Origin: the human T2T-CHM13v2.0 reference genome, Homo sapiens
Direction: 5' to 3' (one strand)
Length of the DNA: 64,000 nucleotides
NCBI RefSeq assembly: GCF_009914755.1
Contig: NC_060928.1
In this document: one piece after another, positions 30,440 to 46,160 of the stretch
Layout: each line of letters begins with the position of its first letter
Numbering within the stretch: position 1 is the first letter of the stretch
The notes under the pieces: model-generated
The model's input: the letters and a program-made list of their open reading frames with translations, nothing else
Databases searched by the model: none
Told to the model about the DNA's origin: nothing
Made by a program: the position numbers and the translations under genes

Positions 30440-32266
30440 TGACCTCAAAACCTATGCTCTTAAAAAAAATTAACTAAAAATCGATCAAAGACCTAAATGT
30501 AAGAGCTACAGCAATAAAACTCTTACAAGTAAACAGCATAAATCTTCATGACCTTGGATTAGTCAATGCTTTCTTAGATATGACACCAAAAGCACCAGCA
30601 ACAAAAGAAAAAAATAAATAATTAGACCTCATCAGAATGAAAAACTCTGGTACTTCAAAGGACACCACTAAGAAAGTGAAAAGTCCCACTACCAAATGGC
30701 AGAAGATATTTGCAAACCATATATCTGGATAAGAGATTTGTATCTAGAATATATAAAGAACTCTTATAACTCAATGATAAAAAGAGAAATAACAACTAAG
30801 AATGGACAAAAGTTCTGAATAGACATTTCTCTGAAGAATATGTACAAATGGCCAAAAAGCACAAGAAAAGATGTCTGGCATCATTAGCCATCAGGGAAAT
30901 GCAAACTAAACCCACAACCAGATACCACAACCAGATACACACTAGGATAGCTATAATAAAAAAACTTGGCAAGTGTTGGCAAGGATGTGGAGAAATTGGA
31001 AACTTTATACACTGCTGCTGGGAATGTAAAAGGATGCAGCTGCTGAGGAAAAGTCTGGTCATTCATCAAAAGATTAAACATAGAGTTATCATATGACCCA
31101 GCAATTCTACTTTTTCTCCTATACTGAAGAGAAATGAAAACATTTGTCCATACAAAATCTTGTGCATGAATGTTGATAAGCAGCATTATTCATAATAACC
31201 AACAAGTGGAAAGAACTGAAGTATCCATCAACTGATGAATGGGAGGGTCCGTTCCAAGATGGCTGAATAGGAACAGCTCCGGTCTGTAGCTCCCAGCGTG
31301 ACTGACGCAGAAGACGTGTGATTTCTGCATTTCCAACTGAGGTACCTGGTTCATCTCACTGGGACTGGTTGGACAGTGGGTGCTGCCCATGAAGGGTGAG
31401 CCGAAGCAGGGTGGGGCATTGCCTCACCTGGGAAGTGCAAGGGGTTGGGGGATTTCCCTTTCCTAGCCAAGGGAAGCCATGACAGACTGTACCAGGAAAA
31501 GCGCGACACTGCCACCCAAATACTGTGCTTTTCCAATGGTCTTAGCAAATGGCACACCAGGAGATTATATCCCGGGCGTGACTCAGCGGGTCCCATGCCC
31601 ATGGAGCCCCGCTCACTGCTAGCACAGCAGTCCATGATTTAACTGTGAGGTGGCAGCCTGGCTGGGGGAGGAGCGTCCGCCATTGCTGAGGCTTGAGTAG
31701 GTAAACAAAGCCGCCGGGAAGCTTGAACTGGGTGGAGCCCACCACAGCTCAACAAGGCCTGCCTGCCTCTGTAGACTCCACTTCTGGAAGTAGGGCATAA
31801 GTGAACAAAAGGCAGCAGAAACTTCTGCAGACTTAAACGTCCCTGTCTGATGGCTCTGAAGAGAGCAGTGGTTCTCCCAGCGTGGTGTTTGAGCTCTGAG
31901 AATGGGCAGACTGCCTCCTCAAGTGGGTCCCTGACCCACATGTTGCCTAACTGGGAGACACCTCCCAGTAGGGGCCGACTGACACCTCATACAGCTGGGT
32001 GCCCCTCTGAGATGAAGCTTCCAGAGGAAGGATCAGGCAGCAATATTTGCTGTTCTGCAGCCTCCGCTGGTGATACCCAGGCAAACAGGGTCTGGATTGG
32101 ACCTCCAGCAAACTCCAACAGACCTGCAGCTGAGGGACCTGACTGTTAGAAAGAAAACTAACAAACAGAAAGGAATAGCATCAACATCAACAAAAAGGAC
32201 ATCCACACCAAAACCCCATCTGTAGGTCACCATCATCAAACACCAAAGGTAGATAAAACCACAAAG

Positions 32267-33293
32267 ATGGGGAGAAAGCAGAGCAGAAAAGCTGAAAATT
32301 CTAAAAACAAGAGCACCTTTTCTCCTCCAAAAGATCACAGCTCCTCACCAGCAATGGAACAAAGCTGGACGGAGAATGACTTTGACAAGTTGACAGAAGT
32401 AGGCTTCAGAAGGTCGGTAATAACAAACTTCTCTGAGCTAAAGGAGGATGTTTGAACCCATTGCAAGGAAGCTAAAAACCCTGAAAAAAGATTAGATGAA
32501 TGGCTAATTAGAATAAACAGTGTAGAGAAGACCTTACATGACCTGATGGAGCTGAAAACCATGGCACGAGAACTACATGATGCATGCACAAGCTTCAGTA
32601 GCCAATTCCGATCAAGTAGAAGAAAGGGTATCAGTGATTGAAGATCAAATTAATGAAATGAAGTGAGAAGAGAAGTTTAGAGAAAAATGAGTAAAAAGAA
32701 ATGAACAAAGCCTCCAAGAAATATGGGACTATGTGAAAAGACCAAATCTACGTTTGATGGGTGTACCTGAAAGTGACAGGGAGAATGGAACCAAGCTGGA
32801 AAACACTCTGCAGGATATTATCCAGGAGAACTTCCCCAACCTAGCAAGACAGGCCAACATTCAAATTCAGGAAATACAGAGAACACCACAAAGATACTCC
32901 TCGAGAAGAGCAACCCCAAGACAGATAATTGTCAGTTTCACCAAGGTTGAAATGAAGGAAAAAATGTTAAGGGCAGCCAGCAAGAAAGGTCGGGTTACCC
33001 ACAAAGGGAAGCCCATCAGACTAACAGCTGATCTCTCAGCAGAAACTCTACAAGCCAGAAGAGAGTGGGGGCCAATATCCAACATTCTTAAAGAAAAGAA
33101 TTTTCAACCCAGAATTTCATATCCAGCCAAACTAAGCTTCATAAGTGAAGGAGAAATAAACTCCTTTACAGACAAGCAAATGCTGAGAGATTTTGTCACC
33201 ACCAGGCCTGCCTTACGAGAGCGCCTGAAGGAAGCACTAAACTTGGAAAGGGACAACCGGTACCAGCCACTGCAAAAACATACCAAATTGTAA
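32267..33293 (+). pseudogene. L1 ORF1p remnant (premature stops/frameshift)
   Basis: Fragments MGRKQSRKAENSKN... and ...KRPNLRLMGVPE...YPAKLSF...QPLQKHTKL; stop at 32453-32455. Confidence 0.9.
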
Positions 33294-33356
33294 AGACCAT
33301 TGATGCTGGGAAGAAACTGCATCAACTAACGGGCAAAATAACCAGCTAACATCATA

Positions 33357-37188
<3,832 letters not shown>

Positions 37189-37896
37189 ACAAGGAGAACA
37201 CTTGGACACAGGGTGGAGAACATCACACACCAGGGCCTGTTGTGGGGTAGGGGGAGGGGGGAGGGATAGCATTAGGAGAAATACCTAATGCAGATGACGA
37301 GTTAATGTGTGCAGCAAACCAACATGGCACATGTATACCTTTGTAACAAACCTGCACGTTGTGCACATGTACCCTAGAACTTAAAGTATAATTAAAAATA
37401 AATAAATAAATAAATACATAAATGGGTATACCAACCATATAAGATCATTGTAAGGATTAAGTGACAAAATGTGTGTTAGATTCTTGCTACAAATAATGTG
37501 CTAAATATATGTAAACTGTCTAAAAAAAAAAACCTGATGAATGGATATACAAAATACATAGCCATACAATGGCATATTATTTGGCAATAAAAAGGAACGA
37601 AGTACTGATACATGCTGCAACATGAATGAACCTTAATATCATGCTCATGAAGTCACACACAAAGGGCCACATATTGTATGATTCCATTTATATGAAATGT
37701 CCAGAACAGGCAAATGTATGGAGACAGAAAGTAGAGTCATGGTTGCCAGGGCTCAGTCAGATGAGGTAAAAATGTGCCAAAACTGAATGTGGTGATACTT
37801 GCACAACTCTGTGAATATACTAAAAACCATTGACTTGTACACTTTAAATAGCTGGATAGTAGGGTATGTGAATCACATCTCAATAAAGCTGTTACC

Positions 37897-37929
<33 letters not shown>

Positions 37930-38025
37930 ACCAACAACCCACCTATATTCTTTGAATACACTACATCTCTAATTTGGCACTTATCATATAGTATTTTGTC
38001 TTATGGTTTTTTCCCAGTCATAATT

Positions 38026-38360
38026 GGCCGGGCACAGTGGCTCTCCCCTGTAATCCCAGCACTTTGGGAGGTGGGGGAGCTGGGTAGATCACTTGAGGTC
38101 AAGAGTTCGAAACCAGCCTGGCCAATATGGTAAAACCCCATCTCTACTAAAAAACAAACAAACAAACAAACAAACAAACAAACAAAATTAGCCAGGCATG
38201 GTGGTGGGTGCCTGTAATCCCAGCTACTTAGGAGGCTGAGGCAAGAGAATTGCTTGAACCCTGGTGGTGGAGTTGCAGTGAGCCGAGATCACGCCACTGC
38301 ACTCTAGCCTGGGTGATAGAGTGAGACTCTGTTTCAAAAAAACAAAAACAAAAACAAAAA
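38026..38360 (+). mobile_element. AluS with a (CAAA)n expansion in the middle linker
   Basis: Alu dimer with (caaa)n at ~38155-38186. Confidence 0.88.
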
Positions 38361-38544
38361 ACCCCAAAATGTTACTTCATACCCCCCAAATCATGATAAT
38401 CTCTGAATTGTGGGGTTTCTTCAAGATTTATTTTCTTCATTATATTTTCCAAATTTTCTCCAATGGCACATATTACTTTTATATTTGAAAGAACTACATT
38501 ATAGAGAAATGAAAATATCATTTCACTAACAAAGTACTACGAAG

Positions 38545-39368
<824 letters not shown>

Positions 39369-39768
39369 ACACAAAATTATTAGCTCCTAAAGGGCATAGT
39401 CTGTGTCCCCTTGTGGATTCTTCTGTATCTTCCACATAGTAGGTTCTTAACAACTATTTATGGATATTATTGATAGCAGCACTAGGTTTGAATTCTATTA
39501 TGGTTCTAAGTCTGTGGGTCTTTGCTAGCGTGAATTTGTGATTGGTAAAAGCTCAGAAAAAGCAAATGTTACCTTATGATTATAAACCTTAAAAGATGTA
39601 AAATGTATTTTCACTGAAGGAAAAAAGTTTTATTTAAATGCCAATTTCAATGCCAGATATATTAGAGATATGATAAAATTTAATACTCATTTTCAAATGG
39701 ATTTAGATATACCATCTGGGCTAGCTCGCTTCCCTTCCTCCTAGTTACTCCATGCAGTGGAACCTGCC

Positions 39769-40147
39769 TATATTAGCCCATTCTCACACTGCTATAAACA
39801 CATACCTGAGACTGGGTAATTTATAAAGAAAAGAGGTTTAATTGACTCATAGTTCCACATGGCTGGGGAGGCCTCAGGAACTTACAATCATGGCAGAAGG
39901 AGATGGAGAAGCAAGTGCCTTCTTCACAAGGCGGCAGGAGAAAGAGAACAAAGAGGGAACTGCCAGACACTTTTAAGCCATCAGATTTTATGAGAACTCA
40001 TTCACTACCATGAGAACAGCACGGTGGAAACTGCTCCCATGATCTAATCACCTCCCACCAGGTCCCTTCCTCAACATGTAGGGATTACAATTCAGATTAT
40101 AATTCAAGATGAGATTTGGGTGGGGACATGGAGCCAGATCATATCAC
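39769..40147 (-). mobile_element. THE1D/MSTA solo LTR
   Basis: tatattagcccattctcacactgctataaa...gccagatcatatca. Confidence 0.85.
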
Positions 40148-40519
40148 TGCCCAAAGCCATATATTGTATTAGTGTACCAGAGTCATTTTGTGGACTGTTT
40201 GCTTTGCCATGTTTCTTTATGGAAACAAGGTCATCTTCTGCCCACACGTCTTTAGCCCTTTCCCATGCTTGCCTTCTTTATCTCTTCTTTGTATACTTTT
40301 CCCTCCCTCTGTTTTGGACAGCAGGGTGGAGGTGAGGATCAGTGGTCTGTACTCAGCAACTGCTTGTTTGTCAGGTCCAGCTTTGGTCTGTTTACATTCA
40401 GTCCCCTTGTTCGTGCCTTTCACAATGATTCTGCTGGATGACTATATCCACCTCATTTTAGGTGAGGAAACTGAGGGACACACTGTAAGTGGGAGTCTGG
40501 ACAGGACTGGTAAGACAGC

Positions 40520-41810
40520 TTGGTGTGCAGTTAGGAGCAAATCTGGCGCCAGGCTGTCTGGGCTTGAATCCAACCCTCCCTGTCCACCAGCTCTGTCCCC
40601 TGGTTTCCTCGTAGGGATGATAACAGTCCTATCTTACAGAGCTGGAATAAGGACTGAGTTAGTCAATTATTTGTAATGCACTTAGAACAGTGCCTGGCAC
40701 AGTATAAGTGCCACGTAAGTGTTTTCAAAGCAAATAAACTAAAGCCTGTCTGACTCCAAAGCTGGTAATGGTGGAATTTGAGGCCTGCTTTTTGTTCCAT
40801 TCCCCTATTATAGCAGCAGAATTGGACAAAGATTAAACTCGGATTCTGGATGGGGAACAGAGATTTAGAGGCTGAGGCACCCAGGGACCTCCAGCCACCG
40901 TCAGAAACCTCTTGTTAGCAGCCATTCTGAAGAGGGGAATCCATTAGCTTGAGGTTAGGCCAAGAATACTGAGCTCCTCCGGACCCAGCGCTGGGCTCAC
41001 GTAGGTCAGAGCTCCCTGGTGGCCTACCAGGGTATACCCAGGCAACAATCTAAAAGGTAGTGTGTGCCCCCTCACCCGCAGGCGGGACCTGGCCTGCCTC
41101 TCCCATGCTATCATTCCCGCCTGGTGCTCTCCACACCAGCTCCAGTCTTGCTGGCCCGCTGTGGGCTCCTCCACGGGGAAGCTCATTCCTACCTTAAGGC
41201 CTTGGCATCCATCTGGAATTCTTCCCCCAAATTGTTACACAGTTAAATCTCCCTCACTCATGTCACCTCTTCAGGACATTTCCTTACAGACACCTTCCTT
41301 GATCGTCACTTGGGCTGTAGTGCAAAACAGAAGGCATGCTCAAGTGGGAGTGGCCAAGGAGAGTTTAAAGGAAGGGTTAGAAAGAAGTGAGCCGGATCGG
41401 GAGACCATTATGGGATGGGGAAGCCTTTACCATACCTAGGCCTGGGAGGTTGAGTGGGACAAGAGGAGATGAGGAACCTTCTGGAAACCCCCTAACCACC
41501 TGCAGGAAGGGACGAGATAAATAAATGCACGTCTCTCTTCAGCTCACTGACCATCTGCCTACCTCCCGTTAATGGAACCGCGACTCACAGGTCAGCCTCC
41601 CAGCCAAAAGGGGGGAAGGCTATCGGAAATTACCCCGCGCTTTTTCTTTCCATGTCATTATCTTCTCCTCTTTTATCTTAACAACACCCGCCACAATTAT
41701 CTTCTTTTGATTTACATGTTTATTGTCTGTCCCGGCCCCCAATTCCCTCTACAATGTAGATACCTCGAGGGCAAGGACTTCCAGGTAGGGTGTGTGTGGG
41801 TAGGGTGTGT

Positions 41811-41841
<31 letters not shown>

Positions 41842-41915
41842 TTCCATCTCTGCGTCCCCAGCGCCTGGCCCAGTGCCTGACGCATAGTAGGTGCACAGTG
41901 ACTGTTGGTTGACTG
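40520..41915 (+). mobile_element. MIR (40520-40730) and an L2 3' end (41040-41915) with a (TG)n at ~41790-41840
   Basis: cacttagaacagtgcctggcac; cagtgcctgacgcatagtaggtgc. Confidence 0.6.
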
Positions 41916-42300
41916 CATCGACAGACTAGGACACAGGTAGCCTTCCTGGAGAAGAAAAGCTCATCAGGGTCGTTTTTCTTTTTCTTCTTACAAAAAGATC
42001 AGGTGGCTGTGTACTTCCCGGCGCCGGGCCAGGGGCTGCCCCGCCTTGCCCCTACCTCTGCGGCCAGGAAGGACTGCAGGTGCTGCGCGGCCAGTGCCCG
42101 CGCGTCCTACTGCTCCGGTGCCGCAGCGCCCGCTCCCCCGGGCCCGGGTGCGCCCCACTGGGCGCGCGTCTCCCATATGATGCCAGACCCATCCGCCCGC
42201 CCCTCAGCAGCCGGCGGGGCGCAGGGACGTGCGGGGCGGCCAGCGGATTCCCTCTATCGGGCCGGGTGTGAACGGGAGGGAGACACGCAGCGCTCGCTCC

Positions 42301-42313
42301 GGGTTATTTTTAG
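42301..42313 (-). promoter_or_regulatory. MEF2 consensus site (CTAAAAATAACCC)
   Basis: gggttatttttag; the reverse complement matches YTA(A/T)4TAR. An isolated AT patch within the CpG island. Confidence 0.65.
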
Positions 42314-42623
42314 TCCGTAGCTGTGCTCCCCCTCCCCGGGGGCGGAGCGGCCCTCGAAGGTGGGGAGGAGAAGAAGCTCCCGGCGCCTCCGCGCTCGCTC
42401 CCGCGGGTCACTCACGGCGCGTTGGAGCCCGGGCGGCGCCGGGAACAGCTGCCGCGGCGTCCTCTAGCAGCGCGCGGCTCTCCCGGGACCTGCGCCGGCC
42501 GGGGGCGGGGAGAGGCGGGGAGGGGAGGCCGGCGGGCGGGAAGGGGCGGGGAGCGCGCTCCTGCGGCGGCGACGGCGGCGGCCGTCCTCATCCCGGCGCT
42601 TGAGAGGACGCGGGGCTGCGCAA

Positions 42624-42719
42624 ATGGCTTGTCCCGCTCTCGGTCTGGAAGCTCTTCAGCCCCTGCAGCCCGAGCCGCCCCCCGAGCCCGCCTTCTCCGA
42701 GGCGCAGAAGTGGATTGAG
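42624..42719 (+). CDS. LIMCH1: First coding exon of LIM and calponin homology domains-containing protein 1 (32 codons, phase-0 donor)
   Basis: Translates to [32 protein letters not shown], which I recognise as the LIMCH1 N-terminus (EAQKWIE starts the CH domain). It is followed immediately by the donor GAG|gtaggt at 42720 and lies in a CpG island. Confidence 0.95.
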
Positions 42720-45700
42720 GTAGGTGCGGGTGGCTGGCGGGCGGCCTTGCACTGGCGCCCTGAGCCACGGACCCGCGCACGCTCCGACCGCAGGTCCAGC
42801 CTTGCCTCCCCCCAACCGCCCCCACTTTCTTTTGCCAGCTGCTCCAGGTCACCCCCCCGGGCCTCGGCGAGCCGCGAAACCTTAGCGCTTTGGCATTGGA
42901 ATCCCGGGCGAGGGTGGGCGTGAAAGGGGACACTGCAGTCTAGCTGCGCGCGTGAGGGCAGGAAGGGATCCCCTGCGCGTCCATCCTTCCTGCCCGCTGG
43001 CCTCGCAAATCTCAGCTAGCGCCGCTTCCAGGCGCTGCCAAGGGAAGCGCAGTGCTAGCAAAGCGTTGCAAAGGCGCAGGAAGCGCGAGCCCCCAGAGAC
43101 TTCACCGGTGCTCGCATTTCGGGGTATCTTGCTTCTGGTCCCACATTTCGCCCCTTGTCCCCCTACCCCGCACCCTTCCGGAGCAGAGTTGGCAGTGTCT
43201 TCACGGAGGCGCATACCCACCGGAGCCTCTTGCTGTATTCCTGGCACCGGGTCAGGTGTGAGGCTGGCACAGTGCGCAGGGCGGGGGTAGCTTGCAAGAC
43301 CCACCTGCGAGCACGCATCCGCATAGACGCTGCCCAGCCTTTGGCAACCCCCGCCCCTCTCCATCCCAAGGACTGCAGGGTCGGTTCCGAAGTACGGGCT
43401 ACCCGGTCTGGTTGGCATATTTCACTTCTTAAATAACTCGTTGGCAGGCCAGGGAAATCACTGGAGCTCTCGGCTCTCAGTCCCGGAAGCGCTCACTGGG
43501 TGATCCTGATTCACGATGTCTATCAGTAGATGCAGCTTGGTAGCCCCGAGCTCCCGAAATGAACTGTCTGCGGGGTTCAGGACGCTTGAAGGGCATGAAG
43601 GGGAAAGGTGACCCCCTATGATTAGTGCAAGGAGCCTCAGCTTCAATGGGTGGCCTTTCTGGAGGCTTAGTGGAAGGTATGAATTTGGCCTTGTTTCCCT
43701 CAGTGACAAGCAGCCCTCTTTGCCTGGTAGTTCAGAGGAGGAAGTGTATCGCTAAATCATGACCCAGCAATGTTGAAGCTTCCAGAATTCCGCCTGTCAC
43801 TTAGTGACTCCCCACTCCGTTCAGCATTGTGGTTCCCAAGAAGCTGCTAGAGTAACAAGAGCTCCACGTACAGATTTAAACCTGCTGAGCTTCCTGCAGA
43901 AACCACCCTCACTTAATGCTGCTCTCCTGCTCCAGCCAGAGACCTGTACCCTACAGGGTTAACCTGCTTCCCGCAAGCAAGAGTGCTACTTGAGTATAGA
44001 AACATCTGTTTGAAAATAGGGTTCAAGAAACAGAACAATGAACATCAGGGCTGTCTTGCTGAAAGCCCCAGGCATGTCTCATAATTTGATAACTCACCAT
44101 CAGATGAGAAAAAGACCTTGGCTTTTTATTTTTGATATGTGGCTGGAACGGTTTGGCGTGTGACAGGTGCTCTGCCTGTGTTGCGTACTTATGCTCCCAG
44201 GATACACAGGAAGCATTTGTAGTTACTGGCTTATTGCAGAGTTGGATAACTATTTTTCAGGTTCTTGAACTCTAAAATTCTCAGGAGAGACTTCGAGTGT
44301 GGGTGGGGGTAAGGGGAGGATCTAGAAGCAGAACAGTCTTTACTATTCTTGAAGGCAAGTGATTTATTCTCAATTTCCTTAACTGTATCATTGACATATT
44401 CTGCTTTAAAAATGTATTGTGGTATGAGTTACACATGTAAAAGTGCACAAATCTGAAGTGTACACCTCCATGAATTTTGACATATGTATATTACTATAGC
44501 CCCCACCTAAATCAAGATACAAAATGTCTCCTTTGGCCCAGATTACAGTTTGCTTTTAAGTGGTAGTATATTTCAGGCTATTATGCAGTGCAGAATATTA
44601 GCTTTAATATCACGTTTAAGAAAAGGAAGAAGGGATTCCTTAAGACAGTAGAACCTCATTAAGCCCTATAGACAGTTTGGGATTGTTCTTGATGCTTTAC
44701 CATTCATACCAATTTAAGAATGTGAAAACCGTAATGGGGCATGCGTGGCTTTAGGACCAGGCAGCCCAGGCGAGCTGCGTGTGCATTATTGAAGTGGCCT
44801 ATCTCCTTTCAATTGTTGGGTTCAGTTTCAGGGAAAGGAGAGCTTCCCCCTCCCAGGCTATATAAAAAGGTAATTGCTCCAGGGGAAAGATAGAGACCTC
44901 CCCCTTCCTTCCCAGAGGTTCTTCTTGAAATGTAAATGCCGAGTCTGCAAACCACGGGAACCCAGAAGTTGTAACAGATGGTTTTGCATGCAGTTGCCTT
45001 GTGAACAAAGATTCCTCAGCTAATACAGCAATAATGTAGTACTTAGGGGCAGTGAATCCCCGGGTGGGGGGGCGGATTGGGGATTGGTATCTCGAGACAA
45101 TTGCAACTCCTCTAGGGGCCCCATTGTCTCTGGCAGCATCCTCATTGGTAGGGCTTTGTTTTTACTTTTATTCAGTTGGTGATTAAATTTCCCATAGGTT
45201 TTTTTTCTTTCTTTCTTCTTTTTGAGTAGTCAGGAATTTCACCCTTTCATAAAAATGTTCCCTTGGGTGGAGCAAGTTAATAAACAAACTTTGCTGCTTG
45301 TCTCGCCTCGATTCTTGGTCTTCCTTGAGTCATGGATTGGCAAGAAAACATTCATTCTTAATAAAGGCTCAGGGAACCAGATCCAGGACGTAACTTGTTA
45401 GTGAGGAATTTCTCGGCGTGCAGCCTTGGCTATTTGAGGACCGTGTTACTGGGCAGGAAATGTGGCCTGGGAACGATTCCCCCACTTCAGCCCCCTTCCC
45501 CTCACTCCTTCCTTAGTTGGCAAAGGTGAAAGCTCTAACGGAGCACTAGATGGTCACAGACCACGTGGGGACAGCCCTTTAACACTCCTAGTGACTTTTT
45601 ATAGCTGTAGGAACAGGTTGCACATCTAACTGTGTTTGGGAAGACTCCTAGAGGAGACAGCAAACTTGAAGTAGTAACTGTGGCTACCAGCAGGCAGGGG

Positions 45701-45759
45701 AGTGACTAACTTCTTTCCATACTACTTTTCTAGAAGGCCTTACTAAGCAGAACACAGTA

Positions 45760-46160
45760 GGTGAGAGGTCAGACCTTGGAGCTGGGCATCCTAGGTTTGA
45801 GTCCAGAGTCTGTTACTTTGTAGCTGGATGACCCTGAGCAAGCTACTTTTCCTTTACTGTGGTTCCAAATGATTTCTTTGGAAGATAGCTCTAGTTGTTA
45901 GCAACAACAAAAATGACTAAGAGTTATTATTGAGAGCATCTGTAAAACAGGATACTAATAACAGCTCACCTATTTCATAGGAGTGCTGTCAGGATTAAAT
46001 CAATTAATATATTTAAAATGCTTAGAACAGTGCCCAGTACATAGGAAGTGCTGTGTAAGTATGGTTAGTAGTATTATTACCATTATTATTACCACTGCTG
46101 TTACTTTTACTACTACTATTATCATTATGATAATTATTACTACTACTGCTATTGCTATTG
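45760..46160 (+). mobile_element. MIR with a (TAT/TAC)n tail
   Basis: ggattaaat...tgcttagaacagtgcccagtacatagg followed by low-complexity triplets. Confidence 0.7.

Larger units (their letters stand above)
41990..43420. promoter_or_regulatory. CpG island / LIMCH1 promoter with GC boxes
   Basis: Very high GC and CpG density. GGGGCGGAGC at ~42339 and GGGGCGGGG at ~42502 and ~42543. Spans the ATG and the start of intron 1. Confidence 0.93.

Noticed and set aside
40188-40676. 162-aa ORF upstream of the promoter (also 51018-51587 ORFs)
   Set aside because: No recognisable domain or exon structure, and the first overlaps MIR sequence; chance ORFs.
42003-43436. Many 100-180-aa ORFs on both strands in the CpG island
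   Set aside because: Expected from stop-codon scarcity in GC-rich DNA. Only 42624-42719 matches a known protein and ends at a splice donor.
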